This document shows positions 1 to 9,234 of a stretch of 61,853 nucleotides of DNA, piece by piece; the first letter of the stretch is position 1; every line of letters starts with the position of its first letter. The translations under genes were made by a program, and so were the position numbers. Source of the stretch: an uncultured bacterium. Its GTDB lineage: Bacteria > Electryoneota > B3-LCP. The notes beneath the pieces were generated by a model, which ran no database searches, was not told the origin of the DNA, and saw nothing but the letters and a program-made list of their open reading frames with translations. The stretch covers positions 1-61,853 of the forward strand of contig CAZUTK010000008.1 in NCBI GenBank assembly GCA_964623265.1, read 5' to 3'.

Positions 1-152
1 ATCTTCACCGGGAAATTCACTTGAAACTCGCGCATCGGCTCGCGCAGCATCGCATGGATGGTGTCATCCAAGCCGAGTTTTTTCGCCGCCGATTCCAACT
101 GTTTCTGCGTGATTCTGAAGAGGTTCGCTTCCGCCATCGCTTTTCCTTTCAT
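1..152 (-). CDS. Glutamate dehydrogenase (Glu/Leu/Phe/Val dehydrogenase family), N-terminal fragment; gene continues beyond window start
   Basis: Minus-strand translation from ATG 152-150 gives MKGKAMAEANLFRITQKQLESAAKKLGLDDTIHAMLREPMREFQVNFPVKI. This matches the N-terminal pattern of ~420-aa bacterial/archaeal GDHs. It is too short to appear in the ORF track. An alternative ATG lies at 137. Confidence 0.55.
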   Translation of the reverse strand, partial: MKGKAMAEANLFRITQKQLESAAKKLGLDDTIHAMLREPMREFQVNFPVK

Positions 153-247
153 TGATCCCCGAATGTGATACCGCCGCCTTTCAGTATCCGCCAGGCTTTC
201 ATCCGCCAGCCGGGTTAGAAAATCACGGCATTACGTCCTTAAACGCC

Positions 248-274
248 GCGGGGGTGAGAAGATCTCACCCCCGC
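248..274 (-). terminator. Stem-loop terminator downstream of gdhA
   Basis: Perfect 12-bp stem GCGGGGGTGAGA/TCTCACCCCCGC with a 3-nt loop, 10 nt after the gdhA stop. On the minus strand it is followed by GGCGTTTAA, a weak U-tract. Confidence 0.55.
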
Positions 275-283
275 CGAATAATG

Positions 284-1618
284 TTACACCAATCCCTGCT
301 CGATCATGGAATCGGCGACTTTGACGAATCCGGCGATGTTGGCGCCGTTGACGTAATTGCCGGGCGTGCCGTACTGTTCCGCTGCCGCCCAGGAAGCGTC
401 GTGGATGGCTTTCATAATGTTCTTCAGGCGGTTGTCCACTTCCTCGCGTGACCAGGAGAGCCGCAGGCTGTTCTGCGACATTTCCAAGCCGGAGGTGGCG
501 ACACCGCCGGCGTTCGCCGCTTTCCCCGGTCCATACATAATGCCGGCGTTGATGAACTGCTCGACAGCTTCCGGTGTGGACGGCATATTGGCGCCTTCCG
601 CCACGACGGTACAACCGTTTTTCAGCAATGCTTTGGCATCCTCGCCGTCGAGTTCATTCTGCGTGGCGCAGGGCAGCGCCACGTCGTATTTGCCACTCCT
701 CCAGATGCCTGTGCCCTCGTGATATTCGCACTTGAACTTATCTGCGTATTCCGCGATACGCCCGCGGCGCACATTCTTCAGTTCCATCACCCACGCCAGC
801 TTTTCGCGGGTGATCCCTTTGGGATCCACGATGAACCCGTTGGAATCGGAGAGCGTCAACGGCAGACCGCCCAGATCCAAGACCTTTTCCACCGCATACT
901 GAGCGACATTGCCCGACCCGGAAATCGCCACCCGCTTGCCTTCGAAGGTTTGCTTCCTCTTTTCCATCATATACGCCGCGAAGTACACCGTGCCGTAGCC
1001 GGTGGCTTCCGGACGAATCAAGCTACCGCCCCACTTGGGGTCTTTGCCGGTCAGCACTCCTTCAAAGCGGTTCACCAGGCGTTTGTACTGCCCGAAGAGA
1101 TAGCCGATTTCGCGGCCGCCCACGCCGATGTCGCCGGCGGGAACGTCGGTATTCGCCCCGACATGCCGGAACAGTTCGCTCATGAAGCTCTGGCAGAACT
1201 TCATCACTTCATTGTCCGATTTGCCCTTGGGATCAAAATCAGAACCGCCCTTCCCGCCGCCCATCGGCAGGGTTGTGAGCGAATTCTTGAAAACCTGCTC
1301 AAAAGCCAGAAACTTCAGCATTCCTAATGTCACGGTGGGGTGGAATCGCAAGCCACCTTTATAGGGACCCAACGCCGAGTTGAATTCGATGCGGTAGCCG
1401 CGGTTGACCTGAATCTCTCCGCGGTCATCCAGCCAGGGGACGCGGAACATAATCACGCGTTCCGGTTCGGTGATCCGCTCTAAGATCTTGTGCTTCAGGT
1501 ACTTGGGATTCTTTTGCAGGACGAGTTCGAGGGACTCCAGCACCTCGGTCGCCGCCTGAATGAATTCCGGTTGAGCGGGATTTTTCGCCTTGAGCTGCTC
1601 GATGAATTCTTTGATCAT
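284..1618 (-). CDS. gdhA: NADP-specific glutamate dehydrogenase (hexameric ~50 kDa class)
   Basis: Contains the GDH motifs LPMGGGKGGSDFDPKGKS and DVPAGDIGVGGREIGYLFGQYKRL. The ORF track opens at 1663, but the ATG at 1618 (MIKEFIEQL) is preceded by AAGGAG at 8 nt and is taken as the start. Confidence 0.93.
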   Translation of the reverse strand: MIKEFIEQLKAKNPAQPEFIQAATEVLESLELVLQKNPKYLKHKILERITEPERVIMFRVPWLDDRGEIQVNRGYRIEFNSALGPYKGGLRFHPTVTLGMLKFLAFEQVFKNSLTTLPMGGGKGGSDFDPKGKSDNEVMKFCQSFMSELFRHVGANTDVPAGDIGVGGREIGYLFGQYKRLVNRFEGVLTGKDPKWGGSLIRPEATGYGTVYFAAYMMEKRKQTFEGKRVAISGSGNVAQYAVEKVLDLGGLPLTLSDSNGFIVDPKGITREKLAWVMELKNVRRGRIAEYADKFKCEYHEGTGIWRSGKYDVALPCATQNELDGEDAKALLKNGCTVVAEGANMPSTPEAVEQFINAGIMYGPGKAANAGGVATSGLEMSQNSLRLSWSREEVDNRLKNIMKAIHDASWAAAEQYGTPGNYVNGANIAGFVKVADSMIEQGLV

Positions 1619-1966
1619 TTTGTTGCTCCTTTGAGTTGATACGAGCGATTTGAAGGGGTTCAAAACAATCGCTTATTTCGCATTGAATCAGCTTTTCTGC
1701 GGATTTCGGATGGCAGGCCGGCAGCCATGAGAGATCATTCAAGTGAATAATATAACAATTCGTCAGGGGAAAGCAAGGGAATTTTGGGGAATTGTTATTC
1801 GCAGAGTGGGGAAAAATTCCACAATCAAGTCAATTTTGATGTCGAGAAACGATGGGAGAGTCGTTATTCCAGCGCCGCCGGCAGGATATTTTCCAGACAA
1901 ATCGAGCACGAGGGAGCGCCGCAAGGATCTGTTCCAACTCGTTTCCTTCTTGGTTGAAATTCAGCT

Positions 1967-3019
1967 TCAGCCGGTCTCCATCTCCGGATGAAAGCCCTGT
2001 GTGGCTTCCAGGCGTTTCAGTAAGGACTGCTGTTTCCGGTTTAACTTCCGGGGAACGCAGAGACGATATTTCACCAAGAGGTCGCCGCGGGATCCATCCG
2101 CCCGCGGCATGCCCCGTCCGCGAACTTTCAGGCAGCCTTCCGGCTTCAAACCGGGCGCGAGCTTCAACGAAATCGTCTCTTCCAGCGAGGGCACTCGCAG
2201 TATCGTTCCCTCCAGCCATTGCGTCAGGGTGAGTCGGCAAGAATGGACCAGATCGGCGCCGCTGCGCTTCAGATGCGGATGATCTTTTTCGACCAGGATG
2301 ACGCGAATGTCGCCGCTGGTTTTATTCAGATCGTCCTCATGACCCTGCCCCTTGATGAGAATGCTCATTTCAGAATCCGCACCCGGCGGGACTGCAACAT
2401 TCACCACGGAATCCACTTCGATTTGCCTTTGACCGAGGCAATTGAAGCATAAAACTTTCCCCCGCTTGCCGGTGCCGCCGCAGCGGCGGCAGGCTATGAG
2501 CGACGGAGACCGCCCGCTCGCCGCGGTCAGATCGGGGACTTTTCCCGTTCCCCGACAGGCGTCGCAAGCGCCGTTGTCCTCCCTTACCATGCCGATTCCA
2601 GAACAAATTGGACAGTGAACTCGGCGCTTGAATTTGATCTTTCGGGTTACTCCTTTCGCCAACTCTTCCAGAGTCAAATGCAGCTTAATTGTGATGTGCG
2701 ACGCGGGTGATGAGTTCGGGTGAGGCGGGGGATTTTGAACAGCGTCTCGCTCTTGCGTTCTGCGGAGGCGATCCGCAAAGGCGGATTCGAAGGATCCGTG
2801 GCGTCGTGGAGAATATTTTTCTCGGAGTCTGGGGTCGGTGAGGATGCGGTACGCAGCAGCGATTACCTTGAAACGTTCCGCCGCATTCGCATCACTCCGG
2901 TTGACATCGGGGTGGAACGATTTCGCCAGACGGCGGTAGGCTTCCTTGATCTGATGATCATCGGCTCCCTGGGTCAAACCCAGCACCGCGTAGAGATCTT
3001 CATCCGTTTCAGCCGGCAA
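1967..3019 (-). CDS. DnaJ-family J-protein with CxxCxGxG zinc-finger domain and no G/F-rich linker
   Basis: J-domain DLYAVLGL..IKEAYRRLAKSFHPDVN. Four Cys pairs: CPICSGIG, CDACRGTG, CRRCGGTG, CFNCLGQR. DnaJ C-terminal beta domains follow. ORF-track frame 1967..3253 overlaps arsC by 107 nt. The proposed start is TTG at 3019 (MPAETDEDLYAVLGL), 10 nt after GGAGAAGAGG. The start is uncertain. Confidence 0.8.
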   Translation of the reverse strand: MPAETDEDLYAVLGLTQGADDHQIKEAYRRLAKSFHPDVNRSDANAAERFKVIAAAYRILTDPRLREKYSPRRHGSFESAFADRLRRTQERDAVQNPPPHPNSSPASHITIKLHLTLEELAKGVTRKIKFKRRVHCPICSGIGMVREDNGACDACRGTGKVPDLTAASGRSPSLIACRRCGGTGKRGKVLCFNCLGQRQIEVDSVVNVAVPPGADSEMSILIKGQGHEDDLNKTSGDIRVILVEKDHPHLKRSGADLVHSCRLTLTQWLEGTILRVPSLEETISLKLAPGLKPEGCLKVRGRGMPRADGSRGDLLVKYRLCVPRKLNRKQQSLLKRLEATQGFHPEMETG

Positions 3020-3146
3020 CTCTTCGAACCCTCTTCTCCAAAGTCTGTGTTGCGAAATGATAGCGGAATTCAAACAAGGATGCAAGAAAAATTGCAGCGA
3101 TCTTAGAGGATCGGATGTGGATGCCGGCGGCAGATGTCTTTTCTGC

Positions 3147-3572
3147 CTAAGGTTCCGCGAAGGTCTCCTCGATCCTTCTTCGGATTTCATCGCGCACTTT
3201 TTCGAAGACCGCCAATTGCTGCTCCGGCGTTCCGGTCGCGGAGGATGGGTCATCCAGCGACCAGTGCAAATTTTTCAGCTTTGCAGGCACGAATGGGCAG
3301 GTGGCGCGAGCCAGGTCGCAAACGGTCACGACGATGTCGAAGACCCGTTCCTTGAAGCGGTCCACGACCTTGGATTCGTGGCCGGAGATGTCTATGCCAA
3401 TGCGCTTCATCGCGGCAATCGCCAGTGGATGGACTCGGGTCTTCTCAGTACCGGCGGAGAAAGCTTCATAACGATCACCGTAGAGATGATTCAGCAAGCC
3501 TTCCGCCATTTGACTGCGCGCGGAATTAAGCGTGCAAATGAAGAGAACGGAAGTTTTAGATTCGTTGTTCAT
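3147..3572 (-). CDS. arsC: Arsenate reductase, LMW-PTPase/thioredoxin-coupled type
   Basis: P-loop CTLNSARS (CX5R) near the N-terminus plus downstream Cys residues (VCDLARATCP). Its ATG shares one base with the acr3 TAA (TAATG). Confidence 0.9.
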   Translation of the reverse strand: MNNESKTSVLFICTLNSARSQMAEGLLNHLYGDRYEAFSAGTEKTRVHPLAIAAMKRIGIDISGHESKVVDRFKERVFDIVVTVCDLARATCPFVPAKLKNLHWSLDDPSSATGTPEQQLAVFEKVRDEIRRRIEETFAEP

Positions 3573-4684
3573 TAGTTTTTAAGCGTTTGATCCGGTTTGT
3601 CAACTGCAAACAGTGTGCGTCGGAGTTTCAATGCGACGTTGACCAAGATAATCAACACCGGCACTTCCACAAGAGGGCCGATCACCGTGGCGAATGCCTG
3701 GTGGGAACTGATCCCGAAAATCGCCACCGCCACGGCGATCGCCAGCTCGAAATCGTTGCTGGCGGCGGTGAAAGACACGGCGACCGCCTGTTCGTATTTT
3801 GCGTTAAGTTTCCTTGCGATAAACATCGTCAGCAGCCACATGATGAAGAAATAAAAGATCATCGGCATCGCAACTCGGACCACATCGAGCGGAAGCTGGA
3901 TGATGTACTCGCCTTTGAGAGAAAACATCACGATAATCGTAAACAGCAAGGCGATCAGAGTGATGGGACTGATCCTCGGAATGAATTTTTCCTGATACCA
4001 CTGCAATCCTCGAGCCCGCAGCAGGCTGAAGCGAGTGAGGATTCCGGCAAGGAAGGGGATCCCCAGATAAATGAACACCGTCTTCGCAGCATCCACAATC
4101 GAAATGCTGATATTTAATCCCTCCGTAAAACCGAGCCATTTTAGCGCAAGCGTGATAAACAGGTAGATATATGCGGCGTAGAAGAGCACTTGAAAGACCG
4201 CATTGAACGCCACCAGTCCCACCGCCAACTCGCGGTCTCCGCCGGCCAACTCATTCCACACGATCACCATCGCGATGCAGCGAGCCAAACCCACCAGGAT
4301 GACGCCGATCATATATTCCGGATGATTATGGAGGAAGAGAATCGCAAGAGAGAACATCACCAAGGGACCGATCACCCAGTTTTGAAGCAATGACAACACC
4401 AGCAATTTTTTATTTCGAAAGACCAGCCCCATTTCTTCATATTTCACCTTTGCCAGCGGCGGGTACATCATTAAAATCAATCCGATTGCAATCGGGATGG
4501 AAGTCGCGCCGACTTGCAGCGATGTGATGAATCGAGTGACGGAGGGAACGAAGTATCCGAGAGCGATTCCCACCGCCATCGCCAGAAAGATCCACAACGT
4601 CAAGAAGCGATCAATGAAAGAGAGTTTGCGGGCACGATGTGTGGAATCAGTCCCTGCGGAGGTTGTTTTTTCCCTAGCGCTCAT
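3572..4684 (-). CDS. acr3: Arsenite efflux permease ACR3 family
   Basis: [41 protein letters not shown] is typical of ACR3/ArsB(Acr3). The protein is multi-TM. The ORF track opens at 4762; the ATG at 4684 (MSAREK) avoids overlap with arsR. Confidence 0.9.
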   Translation of the reverse strand: MSAREKTTSAGTDSTHRARKLSFIDRFLTLWIFLAMAVGIALGYFVPSVTRFITSLQVGATSIPIAIGLILMMYPPLAKVKYEEMGLVFRNKKLLVLSLLQNWVIGPLVMFSLAILFLHNHPEYMIGVILVGLARCIAMVIVWNELAGGDRELAVGLVAFNAVFQVLFYAAYIYLFITLALKWLGFTEGLNISISIVDAAKTVFIYLGIPFLAGILTRFSLLRARGLQWYQEKFIPRISPITLIALLFTIIVMFSLKGEYIIQLPLDVVRVAMPMIFYFFIMWLLTMFIARKLNAKYEQAVAVSFTAASNDFELAIAVAVAIFGISSHQAFATVIGPLVEVPVLIILVNVALKLRRTLFAVDKPDQTLKN

Positions 4685-4697
4685 AGATAGATTAGGT

Positions 4698-5030
4698 TTA
4701 TTCATTGCAAAACAAAGAAGTCTCTTGCGAAGATCCAATTTTGTGGATATGCGCAGAACCACTCTCTCTTATGATATGATCGAGAATACATCGCCAAGCG
4801 GCACCCAAATCATCAGACAGGCGATAGTAGACCCATTTCCCGCTGCGGCGGTCCACCAGCCATCCCGCATCCTTCAATTGCTTCAGGTGGCGGGAAACCG
4901 TCGGCTGTGGCAAGTCGAGCGCTTCCTCAATCCTGCAGACGCAGAGCTCGCCGGCAGTGTGGAGCAATTTCATAACCTGAAGCCTCCCCGGGTCACAGAG
5001 GGCTTTTAACCGGTCTATCGTTTCATGCAT
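4698..5030 (-). CDS. arsR: ArsR/SmtB family metalloregulator
   Basis: Winged-helix [31 protein letters not shown] containing the CVC metalloid-binding motif. The ATG at 5030 (MHETIDRL) is preferred over the GTG at 5042. Confidence 0.9.
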   Translation of the reverse strand: MHETIDRLKALCDPGRLQVMKLLHTAGELCVCRIEEALDLPQPTVSRHLKQLKDAGWLVDRRSGKWVYYRLSDDLGAAWRCILDHIIRESGSAHIHKIGSSQETSLFCNE

Positions 5031-5060
5031 TATTATATTCACATAAATGAATCTAATAAT
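5029..5060. promoter_or_regulatory. Candidate ArsR operator (13-bp imperfect inverted repeat)
   Basis: ATTATTATATTCA-N6-TGAATCTAATAAT, with arms matching 12/13. It abuts the arsR start codon in the arsR/nhaC divergent region. Confidence 0.5.
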
Positions 5061-5178
5061 ATTACGTTAAAACACCTCCATTCGCAAGACAAATTTCCAC
5101 TTTTTTTCTCGAGAATCTCACTAGCAGGAATTATATTGCGCCCTGAATGGCTTTTCCGCTGAAACGATCACAACCACA

Positions 5179-6846
5179 ATGCTGAAAGCGCGACTGATCC
5201 TGGCGGGAGCTTTGCTTCTGGGCGGCATCTTCTCGCTCGCGATGGTGCCGGAAGGGACGGAGCATTACGGCTTCCTCTCCATCGTTCCACCGCTGTTCGC
5301 CATCTTTCTGGCTCTGATTACCGGTGAAGTTATCCTTGCGCTTCTGGGCGGCATATGGCTGGGATCCTCCTATCTCGAAAGAGGCAATGCCGTCTCAGGG
5401 CTCCTTCGGACGCTGGATCTGCATCTGGTCACAGCTCTGGCAAATTCTGACCATGCATCCATCTTGCTTTTCAGTTTGATCCTAGGCGGCATGGTGGGAG
5501 TCATCGGCGCATCCGGAGGATCGGCCGGAATCGTCTCGCGGGTCAGCCGCTGGGCGAAAGGACCGCGTTCCGGACAGCTCGCCGCCTGGCTGATGGGCAT
5601 CATCATCTTCTTCGACGATTACGCCAATACCTTGATCGTCGGCAACACCTTCCGTCCGCTTACCGACAAACTGCGCATCAGCCGGGAAAAGCTGTCGTTC
5701 ATCGTGGACTCCACGGCGGCTCCGGTGGCTTCCATCGCACTGATTTCCACCTGGATCGGGTTTGAAGTGGGTTTGATCGCCGACGGTCTTCAGGCGGCGG
5801 GAGCCGAAAGTAATTCCGGGACAGCGTATGGGGTGTTCGTTGCGACGATTCCCTATCGCTTCTATCCGCTATTCCTCTTGCTGCTGGTTTTCCTGATCGG
5901 ACTATGGGACCGCGACTTCGGACCCATGCTCAAGGCGGAAAGACGCTGCCGAACCACCGGTCAGGTGCTGAGACCGGATGCGCAACCGATCGCCGCAGAT
6001 GCTTCCATGGATATTGCAACTGCTTCCGTAACAGATCGCTCGTGGATCTGGGGAGTCGCACCGGTGATTGTAGTGATCCTCACCACCGTCTTCGGATTAT
6101 TCTACAGCGGGAAACAGCAGCTGGGGATCGAGGCGTCTTCCGCGCCTCTCTATCGCATCGTATCTTCGGCGAATTCATTTTCCGTCCTCATGTGGGCGTC
6201 CTTTTCGGGAACGTTCTGCGCGCTAATTCTGGGAGTTTTGGGTGCGGGTTTGTCCCTCTCGGCCGGCCTGAAGGCTATGATCGCCGGGATCAAAGCCATG
6301 ATTCCTGCGGCGATGATTCTCATTTTAGCCTGGAGCATCGGCGGCATCTGCAAAGAGCTAGAAACGGCGAATTATGTGATCAACATCTCCAGCGGATTCC
6401 TCTCCCCTCGTCTGATTCCTGCGCTGACTTTCATTATATCCGCCGCAGTCTCCTTCGCGACCGGAACATCCTGGGGGACGCTTTCTATCCTGATGCCCAT
6501 TGTCATCCCGCTGGCGCATCAATTCCCGCTGCAAGCAGGCTTGGACGGCATCCCGAGTCACGGGATTTTTCTGGGATCCATCGGCGCGGTTCTGGCGGGA
6601 TCCACCTTCGGCGACCATACTTCCCCCATCTCCGACACAACCATTATGTCCTCCATGGCGTCCGGGGCGGATCATATGGATCATGTGAAGACGCAATTGC
6701 TCTATGCTATTGTGATTGCGGGGATCAGCCTGCTGCTGGGCTATCTGCCGGCGGGGTTTGATATCCATCCTCTGCTGTCGCTGCTGGCGGGTGGAGCCGC
6801 TGTCGCGGTCATCCTGCGATGCGTGGGTCGGAAAGCGAGCGGTTGA
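5179..6846 (+). CDS. nhaC: Na+/H+ antiporter NhaC family
   Basis: 555-aa polytopic protein. It carries IIFFDDYANTLIVGNTFRPLTDKLRISREKLSFIVDSTAAPVASI, the NhaC-family signature region. Confidence 0.85.
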   Translation: MLKARLILAGALLLGGIFSLAMVPEGTEHYGFLSIVPPLFAIFLALITGEVILALLGGIWLGSSYLERGNAVSGLLRTLDLHLVTALANSDHASILLFSLILGGMVGVIGASGGSAGIVSRVSRWAKGPRSGQLAAWLMGIIIFFDDYANTLIVGNTFRPLTDKLRISREKLSFIVDSTAAPVASIALISTWIGFEVGLIADGLQAAGAESNSGTAYGVFVATIPYRFYPLFLLLLVFLIGLWDRDFGPMLKAERRCRTTGQVLRPDAQPIAADASMDIATASVTDRSWIWGVAPVIVVILTTVFGLFYSGKQQLGIEASSAPLYRIVSSANSFSVLMWASFSGTFCALILGVLGAGLSLSAGLKAMIAGIKAMIPAAMILILAWSIGGICKELETANYVINISSGFLSPRLIPALTFIISAAVSFATGTSWGTLSILMPIVIPLAHQFPLQAGLDGIPSHGIFLGSIGAVLAGSTFGDHTSPISDTTIMSSMASGADHMDHVKTQLLYAIVIAGISLLLGYLPAGFDIHPLLSLLAGGAAVAVILRCVGRKASG

Positions 6847-6859
6847 AGCCTTGGGATGA

Positions 6860-8053
6860 TCAAGCTTCAAATTCCTGGCGGTATCGCTTTAAGCCGAGAG
6901 CCAGGATTCCCATCAACAACGGGAAAAATGAAATCCCATATAAAACCCGATACACGCCGATCCACTCTCCCACCTTGCCCACCAATCCCATCAACAGGCC
7001 GGCTGTCCCCCAGGCGAAGCCGATCTGCAGCGCGGAAGCCATACCTTCCCGTCCAACCATAATTTTCTGAGCGCTGACAATCACGGCGGGTGCCGACGCA
7101 AAGAGCAAAATTCCGGCGATGAACAGCGGGAGCAACGCAATTTTTCCGCTTATACTTAAGAAGAGCAGAAGAAACGGTATTGTCGCCAGCGGCGTCCAGA
7201 ACATCATGCGCCAGCGACCCAAACGGTCGGAGAATCCGCCGCCCACCAGATTTCCCAACGCATCACCGATCTGGAGGATAAAAAGATACAGCGCTCTCGT
7301 CTTCAAACCCATCCCAGCCTTTTCCAGATGAAAGGACATAAAATTCAGATAAGTAAGCAGCGTGAAGGCGCGCACGGCGCTGGTGGCGGTCAATAGAAAA
7401 ATCGGCGTCCGCAAGACGGAAACAACAGAGGAGAACCGAATTTTTACGGAAAGACGATTTGGAAATACAGTTGGTGCGCGTTCCGCCGACGAAGACGAAA
7501 TCTTCGGTCCGAACGACATCCAAAGGATCACGGCGATGAGCGCGGGAAAGACCGCCAGATAGGTGCGATGCAAGCCCGCATATGCAACCAACGTGGATAT
7601 GAACACCGGACCCAGGGCATATCCCGTTGATCCCGCGGTGATGTAGAGCGCGATTGCCAGCCCTTTTCGCCTGCCCACCATAGCGGAAGCCGTGGCGGTC
7701 CCCGACGGATGAAAGCTGGAAACGCCCAGCCCGCCCAAGAAAATCACCAGAATCAGCGTAAAGATTTCCGGCGCGGTTCCGATCAGGCTTAAAAAAAAAC
7801 CCGCGGAAAACAAACCCGCGGGAATGAACCATCTGCCTGGGAAGCGGTCGCTGAACCATCCCCAGACCGGCTGAGCCAGAGATGCGGATAAAGTCTGGCA
7901 GGTCACCAGAAGACCCGCCTGCGCCAGAGTCAGGTGATGCTTCTGCGCCAGCAGGGGAAGAAGCGGCGCCAGGAAACCGGAATAGGTATCATTGACGAAA
8001 TGCGCGGCGGCGTGGACAAAGAAGCGCCGCGCACGGCTGTCCTGGCTTCTCAA
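6860..8053 (-). CDS. MFS transporter (Fsr/fosmidomycin-resistance-like)
   Basis: About 12 TM segments. The N-terminus HFVNDTYSGFLAPLLPLLAQKHHLTLAQAGLLV..QPVWGWFSDRFPGRW resembles Fsr-type MFS. It overlaps the upstream M20 gene by 4 nt. Confidence 0.75.
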   Translation of the reverse strand: MRSQDSRARRFFVHAAAHFVNDTYSGFLAPLLPLLAQKHHLTLAQAGLLVTCQTLSASLAQPVWGWFSDRFPGRWFIPAGLFSAGFFLSLIGTAPEIFTLILVIFLGGLGVSSFHPSGTATASAMVGRRKGLAIALYITAGSTGYALGPVFISTLVAYAGLHRTYLAVFPALIAVILWMSFGPKISSSSAERAPTVFPNRLSVKIRFSSVVSVLRTPIFLLTATSAVRAFTLLTYLNFMSFHLEKAGMGLKTRALYLFILQIGDALGNLVGGGFSDRLGRWRMMFWTPLATIPFLLLFLSISGKIALLPLFIAGILLFASAPAVIVSAQKIMVGREGMASALQIGFAWGTAGLLMGLVGKVGEWIGVYRVLYGISFFPLLMGILALGLKRYRQEFEA

Positions 8054-9192
8054 CGATTCTGTGCGACGATATTCAGGATTAATCTGGCGCAGTTATATAG
8101 ATCTTCGGTCTTGATATACTCTTGAACCGTATGCGGCTCCTGCATCCCCGTTCCTATCACCACCGACTCTATGCCTCTCTCGTTAAAAATATTAGCGTCA
8201 CTGCCGCCGCCGGAGATCTCCGGTTCCATCTTCAGCCCCAGTTCGGCGCCGGCGCTTGCGGCAAGCCGGTAGGTGCGGCTGTTTTCGGATACGCGGAAAG
8301 CCTTATACTCGAGGCTGCGGTCTTCTTCAATTCGAGCCTGAAGGGTTTTCCCATCCACTCGGATCTGAGAGCTCTGGGCGGCTTGATCCAGCGCCCGCCG
8401 CATTTTTAAGACCTGCGCTTCCAGTTTAGCCTGATTATGGCTCCGCGCTTCTCCCTTCATTGTCACCAGTTTCGGGATGATATTGGTGGCGGATCCCCCC
8501 TCGATCGAGCCGATATTGGCGGTGGTTTCCGAATCTATACGCCCCAGCGGCATGGACTGAATCGCCCGGGAGGCGACGAGGATGGCGGATAAGCCCTTTT
8601 CCGGCGCTAGACCGGCGTGAGCTTCCTGCCCATGCACACGATAAGTCATACGATACGCCGAAGGCGCACCGATGCAAATATTGTTGACGTTTTCGGTATC
8701 CAGAAAGTAAGCCCGTTTGGAGTGCAGTCTGGCTGTATCAAAATGCTTGGCGCCCATCAAACCGATCTCCTCCGCCACGGTGAAGAGAAATTCGATCTCG
8801 CCATACGGGATGGCGTTTTCCTTTAAGACGTGGACTAATTCCAGCATCGCGGCGACGCCGGATTTATCGTCCGCTCCGAGAATCGTGTCGCCAGCGGCGC
8901 GGATCACGCCATCCACTTCGATGGGTTGTACACCCTTGCCCGGAACGACGGTATCCAGGTGCGCGCAAAACAGAATCGGTTCGACCTTTCCTGCTAATGA
9001 ACCCTGGAAGCGAGCCAGGAGATTCCCGCAATTCCCGCTAATCTTCTCCCCGGCATCATCCATGACGACATCAATACCGAATCTGTGAAGCTGCTCCTGC
9101 ACATAGCGAGCGACATCCAACTCTTCACGAGAATGCGAATCAATTTTCACGAGATCCAAAAAAATGTCTCGCAAGCGATCGGGGTTAATCAT
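8050..9192 (-). CDS. M20-family metallopeptidase (tripeptidase/PepT-like)
   Basis: Metal and catalytic motifs AHLDTV, GADDKSG and TVAEEIGLMGA, plus a C-terminal dimerisation-type domain. Confidence 0.8.
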   Translation of the reverse strand: MINPDRLRDIFLDLVKIDSHSREELDVARYVQEQLHRFGIDVVMDDAGEKISGNCGNLLARFQGSLAGKVEPILFCAHLDTVVPGKGVQPIEVDGVIRAAGDTILGADDKSGVAAMLELVHVLKENAIPYGEIEFLFTVAEEIGLMGAKHFDTARLHSKRAYFLDTENVNNICIGAPSAYRMTYRVHGQEAHAGLAPEKGLSAILVASRAIQSMPLGRIDSETTANIGSIEGGSATNIIPKLVTMKGEARSHNQAKLEAQVLKMRRALDQAAQSSQIRVDGKTLQARIEEDRSLEYKAFRVSENSRTYRLAASAGAELGLKMEPEISGGGSDANIFNERGIESVVIGTGMQEPHTVQEYIKTEDLYNCARLILNIVAQNR

Positions 9193-9234
9193 CGTTGTCC
9201 TATACGGTTAATCTATGGGCTCTCCCGCTCCACC

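Noticed and set aside
1807-1824. Second Rex-box-like sequence upstream of gdhA (minus strand TTGTGGAATTTTTCCCCA).
   Set aside because: Only about 11 of 14 specified positions match TTGTGAA-N4-TTCACAA, the right half-site is poor, and it lies about 190 nt from the start codon. It is too weak to call without a genome-wide PWM scan.
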